DNA of 52,361 nucleotides from a virus. Its lineage: Duplodnaviria; Caudoviricetes. Position 1 is the first letter of the stretch. Every line of letters begins with the position of its first letter. The translations under genes and the position numbers were made by a program. The notes beneath the pieces were generated by a model. It was not told where the DNA came from. It was given only the letters and a program-made list of their open reading frames with translations, and did not search any database. Location of the stretch: positions 1 to 52,361 of IMG/VR virus record IMGVR_UViG_3300046004_001366; one strand, 5' to 3'. This document shows positions 44,598-52,361 of this stretch, one piece after another.

Positions 44598-44812
44598 AAA
44601 GAATCCCACAAAATGCAAATATATGTTCACTTTGCATTCACTTTGTCGCAAAAACCGCAGAAACACGCCGAAACCTTGAGGAATAAGGCGAAAACGGATA
44701 TTCATGGGCACAAAAAAGCACCCGGCTAAGGGTGCTTTCGTGCCTTTGGGAACATCCCCTTAGCTCCACTTCACCAAGGGAGGATGGGTAAACCCACAAA
44801 GAAACCCATAAA
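44594..44812. other. attP: Putative attP: tRNA-Ala-like 3' core flanked by arm-type repeats
   Basis: Core ATCCCCTTAGCTCCAC (44754-44769); CCACAAAGAATCCCACAAA (44594-44612) and CCACAAAGAAACCCATAAA (44794-44812). Confidence 0.65.
44712..44738 (-). terminator. Intrinsic terminator
   Basis: Minus strand GCACCC-TTAGCC-GGGTGC-TTTTTT. Confidence 0.75.
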
Positions 44813-44822
44813 GGGTGAACGA

Positions 44823-45293
44823 CTATTTGCGGCTTGGTGAATGACCTGACAAATAGGTGAGCAGTATGGGTTGCAGCCATGCGGGCGGATGGCGAGGCGA
44901 GTTGGCGCGAGTCCATGAATAAGCCGTTGCTGCCGGGCACCCTAGCCGGGCGATGATTTCAGCGGGCGACCATGGGGCAATTTGTTCCTGCCAAGTCTGT
45001 GGTGTTTTTACCTTCGGGGGCATGGCCGGTGATGCTACCGTGCCAACATCACCTTTCAACGGTGTGATGATGAGATTCCAAAGGAAGTCGCGACGGATGA
45101 ACGGGCGGACTGCCTCAATGGCTTGAGCCTCGCTCGCGAAGATAATCCTCGCGGACTGGCATCGCTTCTCAGACATTCGGCCGAATCCGCCTAACCATGG
45201 CAAGATGGAGTCGAATGTGCTCAGGTGGTGCAATCCGAGTTGCTCGCTTTTGTGGTAAGCTTCCACGACGTAAAAGGTGGGTGTTGGTGGCAT
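44823..45293 (-). CDS. Hypothetical protein with C-terminal HTH-like segment
   Basis: WSPAEIIARLGCPAATAYSW; ATG at 45293. Confidence 0.5.
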   Translation of the reverse strand: MPPTPTFYVVEAYHKSEQLGLHHLSTFDSILPWLGGFGRMSEKRCQSARIIFASEAQAIEAVRPFIRRDFLWNLIITPLKGDVGTVASPAMPPKVKTPQTWQEQIAPWSPAEIIARLGCPAATAYSWTRANSPRHPPAWLQPILLTYLSGHSPSRK

Positions 45294-45304
45294 AAAATTG
45301 GTGG

Positions 45305-45556
45305 TTAAAATTCGCCGCCTACTCCAAAGCTTTCGCCGGTCTCTTCTCCCCATTGGTGCCGGGGGGCGAGTTGCGTGCCGGAGGAGTTGTATTCGGTGCC
45401 GCATCTGTCGCAGGTTTCGTCATAGCCAGGGGACCATGAGAGCAGGCATCCGCAGTCGCACTTGATGCCGACTGGACGCTCGTTGTTGTCGTATGCGGCT
45501 TCACTGGCGTAGCGAAGGCGGGTGGAGTCGTAGGGTTGATAGAGTTTGGTGGGCAT
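45305..45556 (-). CDS. Zn-ribbon hypothetical protein
   Basis: CDCG...CDRCGTEYNSSGTQLAPRHQWGEETGE. Confidence 0.65.
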   Translation of the reverse strand: MPTKLYQPYDSTRLRYASEAAYDNNERPVGIKCDCGCLLSWSPGYDETCDRCGTEYNSSGTQLAPRHQWGEETGESFGVGGEF

Positions 45557-45585
45557 AATGGTTTCAGGTGGGAATGGGTAATGAT

Positions 45586-46047
45586 TTAGAAGCGGCGATA
45601 GCCTGCGCCCCGCGTGTCGTTGCGTGGTTCCATGGCTGTTTCCTCGCAGATCGACCAAGAGGGGCGGCGAGCCGTGGAAGCGGCTAAAGGAGTCGGAAGC
45701 TGCGAACGGTAGGCAGCGGCGATCTTGCCCGCATACTGCGCGGCCAAGAATCCCATCACTGCATCGCGCAGGGTAAGACCGTCGCGGATCTCGACATCAG
45801 GCGGCGGCGAGTCGTGGTCGCTGCCACCTCCAGAGATGACGGTGAGCGAGTAAGTCGTCATGCGCGAGTGACGACCAATGCCAGGGAAGTCGTGAGCACG
45901 AAGCTCTAGCGCGTGATCGTCAGTGGATACCATCTCGCCCGAGTCGTTAGACGAATCAGGGCGAAGTGTGAAGTCAATCTTCCCGAAGGGGTCGAGAACT
46001 GCGGCTGTAGCGAGGACGGAGTTGTAAAGGCGGTCGATAGATTTCAT
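45586..46047 (-). CDS. Hypothetical protein
   Basis: MKSIDRLYNSVL...; co-oriented early gene. Confidence 0.55.
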   Translation of the reverse strand: MKSIDRLYNSVLATAAVLDPFGKIDFTLRPDSSNDSGEMVSTDDHALELRAHDFPGIGRHSRMTTYSLTVISGGGSDHDSPPPDVEIRDGLTLRDAVMGFLAAQYAGKIAAAYRSQLPTPLAASTARRPSWSICEETAMEPRNDTRGAGYRRF

Positions 46048-46090
46048 TATTGGCTTTGGATGGTGAAGGTTTGAATTAGCAGGATGTTGG

Positions 46091-46264
46091 TTAAATGGCA
46101 CTATCACGATGGGCGCATTCACAGAGTAGCCAGCCGAAGCCGAAGCCTCCCAGCAACGTGAGGCAGAAACCTCCGACGTGGTAAGGGTTGGCTCCCCCCG
46201 CAATAGCGGCAGCGGTGGGAAGGATGGCGCATGATGCACCAGAGATTGCATAGAGTATTTTCAT
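46091..46264 (-). CDS. Small two-TM membrane protein
   Basis: MKILYAISGASCAILPTAAAIAG...GFCLTLLGGFGFGWLL. Confidence 0.5.
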   Translation of the reverse strand: MKILYAISGASCAILPTAAAIAGGANPYHVGGFCLTLLGGFGFGWLLCECAHRDSAI

Positions 46265-46290
46265 AATTGGAATGGGTGGTAATGGATAAC

Positions 46291-46617
46291 TCAGGCAGTG
46301 GCAAAGGTAGGAAGTCGGGTTTCGAGTCCTGTTTGCTCGCGGAACAGGTCGCAGAGGTTGTCGCAATACACGCCTTCCCAGAGGGACACCCTGCGGCTGG
46401 TGAGTTTGCGAATGACGCAGAACTCCACGGTATAAACGTCGTCGGGGTCGAGTGTGATCTTAACGTAGTTGATGCGGTTGCGTGTCAGCGTGCCGGGAAT
46501 GCGAAACGATAGCCCGCGTTCAATGGCAGTGAGCATCTTTACCCCGCACATAAAGACGAATTTACGGCCCCCGAGTTGTTCGAGGATGGTTTGAGCGATT
46601 TGTTGGTTTTCAGTCAT
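46291..46617 (-). CDS. Conserved phage hypothetical protein
   Basis: IAQTILEQLGGRKF.FM.G...NYVKITLD.DD.Y.VEF...VYCD.L...F...TGL.T. Confidence 0.75.
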   Translation of the reverse strand: MTENQQIAQTILEQLGGRKFVFMCGVKMLTAIERGLSFRIPGTLTRNRINYVKITLDPDDVYTVEFCVIRKLTSRRVSLWEGVYCDNLCDLFREQTGLETRLPTFATA

Positions 46618-46696
46618 AGCAGTGTGTTCTTGTGTGTTGTGGTGGGCTTTTGCCCTCCCTGCTGCGCACTCCCGCGAGAATGCGCAGGGTGGGAGA

Positions 46697-46978
46697 TCAA
46701 GAGCAGCAACCGCAGCAGGGCGCATCCTCGCAGCGTCCACGGCGGTTTTGCGTCCACTCGCCACCACCGGCAAAGCGGGCATACTTTGAGCGTGTCTTGC
46801 GCGGTTCCCAAGCTGACTTGGGTGTTGCGTCAACCATGCGTTGCGCCTCACTGTGGCGATCCGCTGGAACAAACCACGTCTTCGCGGCTGCATTCCATGT
46901 GCCGCCCATCTCGCGAATACGTTCGCGGACGGGGTAGGTGTTGCCTGAGAGAGGAAGGGAGAGTGTAGCGGTTTTCAT
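46697..46978 (-). CDS. Conserved phage hypothetical protein with a Cys-rich tail
   Basis: GNTYPVRERIREMGGTWNAAAKTW...NRRGRCEDAPCCGCC. Confidence 0.75.
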   Translation of the reverse strand: MKTATLSLPLSGNTYPVRERIREMGGTWNAAAKTWFVPADRHSEAQRMVDATPKSAWEPRKTRSKYARFAGGGEWTQNRRGRCEDAPCCGCCS

Positions 46979-47012
46979 ATTGGTTTTTGTTGGGAATGGA
47001 TATGGACAGGGT

Positions 47013-47171
47013 TTAGAAGTTCCAAGGTTTCGCGCCGTGTTCGGCTGCGACTTTGCGAGCCTGCACTTTGCCCGTCACCGCGATGACCTTGACGGCATCG
47101 ACGGGGCGGATTGTGGGAGTGAGCGCCAGCAGGTAGCCGGACGATTCGCGGATGAGATGGGCGTAATTCAT
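47013..47171 (-). CDS. Small hypothetical protein (52 aa, not in the ORF track)
   Basis: MNYAHLIRESSGYLLALTPTIRPVDAVKVIAVTGKVQARKVAAEHGAKPWNF. Confidence 0.5.
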   Translation of the reverse strand: MNYAHLIRESSGYLLALTPTIRPVDAVKVIAVTGKVQARKVAAEHGAKPWNF

Positions 47172-47230
47172 GGCGGGAGAGTTTTATTGTTGTTTCCGCG
47201 TGTAGGATGCGCGGCCCCCGTGTCTGACTG

Positions 47231-47809
47231 TTATTCTTCTTCGATGCCTGCGGCTTGGCACGGCTCACACCAGCGACCATTGCCTTGCAGTTCGCGCAGG
47301 GTGAACAAGCCCCCGCAATCGCGGCACTTGCATTTGATCTCCGCAATCCAAGCATCAGGACCAGCACAAAGGCCCGCGATGTCCGCAGGGATGACTTGGT
47401 TGGATGGGGTAAGCTTCACGAACCGCTCGCCTGCCTCGTTCTTCAGGATGGTGTAACGTGGGTCTTTCTCCTTCTTCACCACTCCCGCAGGCTTTACCAA
47501 CTCAGCCGCGAGAGCCTCAAAGAGGTCATTTGCAAAACTATCGGTGCCTCCCCAACTCACCTCAAGAGGGTCAGCAAGTGCCACGCCAAAGAAGTCGGTC
47601 AGCACCATATCGAGAGACTCGCGCAGTTTGCCAAAGACAGAGTTGAAGCCTGCCCACTGCGGAAGATTGCCTTCCTCGTTCTCATACTCGCGACGGATAA
47701 CGCTATCAGCGCGATTAGCGATCTCCATCGCCTGAGTGATAGCATGAATGATGGCGCTCACAGGTTTCCAGGCTTGATGTAGTTCGAGGCGTGTTTTGTA
47801 TGTTTTCAT
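47231..47809 (-). CDS. Hypothetical protein with C-terminal zinc finger
   Basis: CRDCGG...WCEPC; first gene after the AT-rich region 47820-47900. Confidence 0.65.
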   Translation of the reverse strand: MKTYKTRLELHQAWKPVSAIIHAITQAMEIANRADSVIRREYENEEGNLPQWAGFNSVFGKLRESLDMVLTDFFGVALADPLEVSWGGTDSFANDLFEALAAELVKPAGVVKKEKDPRYTILKNEAGERFVKLTPSNQVIPADIAGLCAGPDAWIAEIKCKCRDCGGLFTLRELQGNGRWCEPCQAAGIEEE

Positions 47810-47950
47810 ATTGGTTTCAGATGGGATTGGATACTTCCCACTAATTACTACAATGTAACAAATACAAAGGCAACAACTATTTAATGCAATGTATAAAAGG
47901 AACCAAGGTCTCCACTTGCTGAGAGAGAGCTATGTTGTTCATTCGCCGGT

Positions 47951-48442
47951 ATGAGCGATACGCCTCCTTCCCCCGTCAAACCAAGGAAAGCCAAGCCCAA
48001 GGCTGATGACACCCAGCCCGGTGGGGATACTGCAAAAGGTGGCTCCTCGCGTGCGCCCGCGCTTAGCACCACTGGACTGGTGGACAAGGCAATCGCGCCT
48101 GTTTACACGCCGTCAACATCCTCGTCTCAAGCGATCACTGAGGCATTAGCGAGGAGGTTCGCCCCGGAAGAGCTATGCGACCGCATCCAGGAGGGGCTGG
48201 ACGCTGTTATCTCCATCACGACCAAGGATGGGAAGGTTCATGTCCGCGAGGACCACTCGACGCGGCTGCGGTTCCTAGAACTGGTGTTCGCCTACCAGAT
48301 CGGCAGACCTGTCGAGCGGCAGATGGTCATCACCTCGACTCCACCGGCTACACTGGACGACCTGATGGAGAAAGCGCGTAGCTCTCCAGTGTTCCGGCAG
48401 ACGTTCTTGCGACTGCTTCAGGATATGGACGAAGGCAAATAG
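47951..48442 (+). CDS. Putative terminase small subunit
   Basis: Basic N-terminus and helical core with ELVFAYQIGRPVERQ; adjacent to terL but convergent with it. Confidence 0.5.
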   Translation: MSDTPPSPVKPRKAKPKADDTQPGGDTAKGGSSRAPALSTTGLVDKAIAPVYTPSTSSSQAITEALARRFAPEELCDRIQEGLDAVISITTKDGKVHVREDHSTRLRFLELVFAYQIGRPVERQMVITSTPPATLDDLMEKARSSPVFRQTFLRLLQDMDEGK

Positions 48443-48512
48443 ATACTTGCGTGCCGTTTTATCTCCTGAATCGCGATCTGAGACCGCTTTTCGCGTATTA
48501 TTGTGATAAAAG

Positions 48513-50306
48513 TCACCAGTGACCACCTTTTGCGGGCCGTTCGTCGGGCATTCCCTCAATCCGTGGACGTGCAAGATGTGGCCGCGTGAAGGTCGTGGCG
48601 CTCGCTATGCAGGCAAGGCCAATGCCGGTCATCATCACGAAGTCATCGTGGCACCCTGCGAGCTTCATCGCGCCCTCGGTGCCGTCCTTGTGCCGCACGA
48701 AGGTTCTGCACTCCTTGAGAATCCACGGGAAGGCGATCAAGATTCCTGCGCCCGGCTTCTGGCACTCGCGGATGTGGCGCGCCAAGTTCTCGACGAGGTA
48801 GCGCTTCGATTCGGTGGTTGTCTGCCAACCCAGCAGGCCGGAATGCTCGCCGGAGTCGATTTCCACCCGCTTCCGCTCGCGCTCGAAGATCATCACGTTC
48901 TTGCGCCTCAACTCGGTAATGAGCAACTCGCCGCGATTCGCCTCGGGAACGGTCATGCACCGGCCATAGTAGCCGGACATGCACGCGACCACTTCGGCGA
49001 GTATGTCCTGATCCCATGCAATGCCGGGCATGAGAGACATGACCAACTCAGGAGCGCACCATTTGCCGCGATGATTGTAAAACCCATCCCGCAACACGGC
49101 GACGGCGTGCTTGTCCGGGTCTGCGCCTTGGACGAAGCTGCGCCCCTGGCTGTTGTCGGCTGGCGTGATGTATCTCCGCCCTTCCTCGGGTTCCTCCAGT
49201 AGCGCAACGGTTGCCTGCTCCATGGCGCACGGCTGAAAGCGGATGCGTTGATAAAACAAGTCGTCAGGCTCGCGAACAAGATTCCCGTAATGGATGTCAG
49301 TCGCCCGGCTTGCTGCGTATGCGTCCAGCACCTCCAGCGCGGCGAGATCGAAGCGCGAAGGTGACGAAGCCTTGAATCCATCCTCCTCGAACGTGGGATA
49401 CTCGCGATCCCGCTTCATCAGGTCTCCTCCGCACTCGGGGGCGTTCAGCTTGTTGTGATACCAAGCGATTTGCTCCGGCTCTAACTGCAACTGTGCCCAT
49501 ATCCGCAGCGCTTTCGTGTCACCGGCTAATCGGATGCGCTCGCGCAACGTCTCAGGCGTATCGGCTGTGTCCAGCCTGGCCCGGCACCGGTCGAACTTAA
49601 ACCAAGGGGCGAAAACCTTGATGTAACCGTTCCCCCACTGCCCGGCTGATGCCTGCGCAATGCTGACTGCGCCCTTCCATGTCTCGGGAAAGACGCCCTC
49701 CGGCCCTTGTGCCGTGCTTTCCATGATCACGGCTGTTCCCGGCCCGTCGCCAACGCAGTTCAAGACCGAGTTCAGCACGTCGGCCGCATTCTTCGCGCCA
49801 TCTGTCGGCCAACGCGCAACCTCTGTGGCGAGGATAGCGTGATAGTTGCCAGATCGTCCAGCTTCCTTGTCTCCTGCCGTCTCACGTTCCCACAATGTCC
49901 CGTTACTCACGGTGGCACGCTCCATGTTCGCGGTGAACTCGTTGCCCCATGCGCCAAACTTGTCGGTGTTCCCGTAGTAGCGGAGGATCTTCCAAAGGTT
50001 GTCGGTCTGCGATGCCTGCCCACCAATGACGAGGATCTTCATTTTCACGCACCGGCCAAGGACGTAGAGCACCTCGACGCTGATGGTGCTGCAACCCTGC
50101 TGGCGCGGTTTGTAGATGATGAGCCGGATTGGCCGTTTCTCTCTCAAGCACAGCGCGACGGCTTCACCCACCTGGACTTGGAGATAGTTCGCGTTCGGTG
50201 CGGCATCACTCGCGCCGACGTTCTTGCCTTCGATGCGCCCATAAAGCTCGAACCATGCGACGGGGTTGGCCTCGAATACGGCTCGCTCGATTTGTTCAGG
50301 ACTCAT
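48513..50306 (-). CDS. terL: Terminase large subunit
   Basis: YKPRQQGCST (Walker A), LATEVARW (Walker B), MESTAQG, REYP; nuclease motifs PADNSQG, PEAN, GWQTT, HDDFVM. Confidence 0.92.
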   Translation of the reverse strand: MSPEQIERAVFEANPVAWFELYGRIEGKNVGASDAAPNANYLQVQVGEAVALCLREKRPIRLIIYKPRQQGCSTISVEVLYVLGRCVKMKILVIGGQASQTDNLWKILRYYGNTDKFGAWGNEFTANMERATVSNGTLWERETAGDKEAGRSGNYHAILATEVARWPTDGAKNAADVLNSVLNCVGDGPGTAVIMESTAQGPEGVFPETWKGAVSIAQASAGQWGNGYIKVFAPWFKFDRCRARLDTADTPETLRERIRLAGDTKALRIWAQLQLEPEQIAWYHNKLNAPECGGDLMKRDREYPTFEEDGFKASSPSRFDLAALEVLDAYAASRATDIHYGNLVREPDDLFYQRIRFQPCAMEQATVALLEEPEEGRRYITPADNSQGRSFVQGADPDKHAVAVLRDGFYNHRGKWCAPELVMSLMPGIAWDQDILAEVVACMSGYYGRCMTVPEANRGELLITELRRKNVMIFERERKRVEIDSGEHSGLLGWQTTTESKRYLVENLARHIRECQKPGAGILIAFPWILKECRTFVRHKDGTEGAMKLAGCHDDFVMMTGIGLACIASATTFTRPHLARPRIEGMPDERPAKGGHW

Positions 50307-50317
50307 GCGCGGGTGTT

Positions 50318-50381
50318 ATGTAGTATGCAGTAGGCAGATGGCAGGATGCAGAGGGTAGAGATGCAGATGGTAGATGGCAGC
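50318..50381. repeat. Degenerate 7-bp tandem repeat (about 9 units)
   Basis: ATGTAGT ATGCAGT AGGCAGA TGGCAGG ATGCAGA GGGTAGA G ATGCAGA TGGTAGA TGGCAGC. Confidence 0.75.
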
Positions 50382-50397
50382 AGAACTTCGCGGGGGG

Positions 50398-50637
50398 TCA
50401 CTCCCGGGTAAAGACGGTTGAGTTCATCTCGCGTATCAGCCTCTCAACGTCTTGCTTCGGGTAGAGGTATGTGCTGCTGTTCATCTGGATGTGGACCAAG
50501 CGCCCCTTCGTCCGCCAGCGCATCAGCGTTACACGGCTTATTGGACGCAACGTCCCCGAAGCATCGACACGGCCAAAAAGGCGACGCACTTGGCCGGAGG
50601 ATAGACAGTCCCGAGGGAGAAAGGATGAAGCACTCAC
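50398..50637 (-). CDS. MerR/excisionase-like HTH protein
   Basis: LSSGQVRRLFG...ISRVTLMRWRTKGRL...YLYPKQDVERLI; probable GTG start at 50637. Confidence 0.7.
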   Translation of the reverse strand: MSASSFLPRDCLSSGQVRRLFGRVDASGTLRPISRVTLMRWRTKGRLVHIQMNSSTYLYPKQDVERLIREMNSTVFTRE

Positions 50638-50654
50638 GGGGCGCAGGTTTCGCC

Positions 50655-50679
50655 TATCCGTTCCTGATGGCAACGGATA
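50655..50679. promoter_or_regulatory. TATCCGTT-N9-AACGGATA perfect palindrome, copy 4
   Basis: Lies between the divergent HTH/terL and scaffold/capsid operons. Confidence 0.7.
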
Positions 50680-50764
50680 AAACGTTACGCATCCAATCTT
50701 GCGTATCCATGCGTTACCCTTGCTGGCATGGCTTTACGATTCCAGGTCAATCAAACTTTGGCCC

Positions 50765-51868
50765 ATGACCGCCGACGCACCTCCAGCCGCCCCTATCGAG
50801 CAAGTTGTCACCCAAGCCGAGACGCGAGACGCTCTCGCCGAGTATCGCCAGATGATTGCCGACTTGGCGAGTGCTCCGACTGAAGGCTATGTTGACCCGC
50901 ACGTTGCAGAGATCACGGCACAGATGCCGGATGAAGTTACCGGCCTTTCCGTCATCGACGATGTTGATCCCGGCTATCTCGGTGGTCCCTCTGATGCTGA
51001 ACTCGCTGCGGGTGATGATGTCGATGGACTTGGCTCCCCTTCTGCCGGTCTGCCCACCGAGGCGGACCTTGAAGCAGGCGACCGCGTGGACGATGTGGAA
51101 ACCAACGGCGACGATGCTCCTGCCACTCCTGCCGCTCCTGCGGTTGATCCTGTCGAGGCGCTGACAAAGACTCTCCGTGCTGCCAATCCCAAGCTGACGC
51201 TCGCGCAAGCCGCCCTCAAGGCGGAGGAGATCATTGGCGAAGGTGCCACCGCTCCCAATGAGGACGGAGAACCCGCCGCCGCTGCCGCTCCTGATGCTGA
51301 TCTTCCTTCGGCTGATGCACTCATGGCCGAACGCCGCGAACTCGACAAGGCATGGCGCAAGTCTGTCCGTGACATGGACGACGACGAGAAGATTGACGCC
51401 ATGGAACAGCGCATCGCTGAGATTGATGCCCTCATTCCTCAAGCCAAGGTCGCTGATGTCCAGCGCGTCGAAGCCGTCACCACTGCTTACGAAGCCGCCG
51501 CCCAAAAAGCGATTGCCGCTTATCCCGACGCGGCCAAGGAAGGCACGCCCCTTTACAACCGGATGGCCGAGATTCACTCGGACCTTGAAGCCTCCGGCGA
51601 CGCTCTCATTTCCGACCCGAACAAGGCGCTGATCATCGCACAGATGGCGGCGAAGGAACTTCTTATCGCCCCGCGCAAGGCTACTGCCTCTGCAAAGGTT
51701 ACTCCCCCTGGTCCGCGAGGCTCTGCCTCTGTGATGTCCGCCATGCCTGCGGCTGGCTCCCAACGCCGCACAACCGCCCCCGCAATTCCTGCGGTGGCCC
51801 AGCAAGTCGAGAAGATCGACTCACCGGACGCTTACAACAACTTCATCCGAAGCCTGAGCGGTCGCTGA
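50765..51868 (+). CDS. Capsid scaffolding protein
   Basis: Acidic, Ala/Pro-rich and helical; immediately upstream of the capsid gene. Confidence 0.7.
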   Translation: MTADAPPAAPIEQVVTQAETRDALAEYRQMIADLASAPTEGYVDPHVAEITAQMPDEVTGLSVIDDVDPGYLGGPSDAELAAGDDVDGLGSPSAGLPTEADLEAGDRVDDVETNGDDAPATPAAPAVDPVEALTKTLRAANPKLTLAQAALKAEEIIGEGATAPNEDGEPAAAAAPDADLPSADALMAERRELDKAWRKSVRDMDDDEKIDAMEQRIAEIDALIPQAKVADVQRVEAVTTAYEAAAQKAIAAYPDAAKEGTPLYNRMAEIHSDLEASGDALISDPNKALIIAQMAAKELLIAPRKATASAKVTPPGPRGSASVMSAMPAAGSQRRTTAPAIPAVAQQVEKIDSPDAYNNFIRSLSGR

Positions 51869-51911
51869 GTAGTTATTCCAATCCAAAACCAGCAACACCC
51901 CTTAAATCGTT

Positions 51912-52361
51912 ATGTCTGCCAATACCGCCTATTCCAGCCCGTCCTACACGGCTACTCCGATCACCGGAGACCGTCTCAAAGCCCTTGACGCCAATTCTGT
52001 CCGCCAGATTTGGAAGAAGGGTGTCGAAGTCCACGAACAAGCCGAGGACTTCTGGAAGCCTTTCATGGGTTCCGATCCTCTCTCGGTCATTCAGACTGAG
52101 ACTTCCCTCTCCACCGGTGCCGGTCAGAAGATGACCTTCACCAATCGCTCCGGTCTCTACTATGAGCCGCATCTTGGCGACCAGCGCTTCGACAACTCCG
52201 CGCACTACGAAGAGTTGCTCATCGGCTCGAACTCCCTGGAGGTCGATTGGTTCCGTCACGGTATCGAGTACACCGAACGCTCCGAGGAAGTCATGGGTAT
52301 GCGCGGCGAACTCCTCGCCGGTCTGCCTGACGAACTCGGCAAGTACTCCGGTCGTCTCTCC
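51912..52361 (+). CDS. Major capsid protein (N4-gp56/DUF4043-like), 3' truncated
   Basis: MSANTAYSS...VRQIWKKGVEVHEQAEDFWKPFMG...SVIQTETSLSTGAGQKMTF...LEVDWFRHGI; open to the window end. Confidence 0.75.
   Translation, partial: MSANTAYSSPSYTATPITGDRLKALDANSVRQIWKKGVEVHEQAEDFWKPFMGSDPLSVIQTETSLSTGAGQKMTFTNRSGLYYEPHLGDQRFDNSAHYEELLIGSNSLEVDWFRHGIEYTERSEEVMGMRGELLAGLPDELGKYSGRLS

Larger units (their letters stand above)
1..52361. mobile_element. Temperate tailed bacteriophage genome (partial; probably short-tailed), apparently in non-integrated form
   Basis: terL, portal, scaffold, capsid, lysis genes, integrase and replication genes are present with no host housekeeping genes. No tape measure, sheath or tail tube was recognised. 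The attP-like site is internal and has repeats on both sides. Confidence 0.95.

Noticed and set aside
44754-44769. tRNA gene
   Set aside because: Only about 16 nt of a 3' end is present, with no cloverleaf; treated as an att core.
51912-52361. Circular join of the capsid ORF into base 1
   Set aside because: There is no terminal overlap, only about 150 capsid codons are present, and ORF 1-792 does not look like a capsid C-terminus; sequence is missing between the ends.

Overview
The window is most of the genome of a temperate, probably podovirus-like tailed phage. Both ends cut ORFs: a virion gene on the left and the major capsid gene on the right. Modules in order: tail and receptor-binding genes plus a lysis cassette (1-6016); a 402-aa and a 5944-aa putative ejection/polyvalent protein, the latter with a DarB-like methyltransferase + SNF2 helicase (6124-25196); a long leftward arm with dNTP diphosphohydrolase, portal, DUF2829/Tad2-like protein, DnaC-like loader, replication initiator, helicase, RusA, RecE-like nuclease and ERF (25261-41909); a ribbon-helix-helix switch, tyrosine integrase and an intact attP-like site with a tRNA-Ala-like core (41739-44812); small early genes; and terS/terL/scaffold/capsid. 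The main find is a complete integron inside the phage early/replication operon: an intact IntI (32525-33541), an attI-like junction and four gene cassettes. Three attC sites are complete and one is truncated, and every cassette has matching R'/R'' ends. All cassette ORFs are inverted relative to their attC sites, so they follow the phage operon. Three of the four lack their own stop codon and run into the neighbouring att site. Other notable signals are an 18-aa motif shared by the giant protein's N-terminus and a lysogeny-region membrane protein, a TATCC-N15-GGATA palindrome before several operons, and a repeated AADRP junction motif in the giant protein. All calls come from reading the sequence and recalled motifs; no database searches were run.
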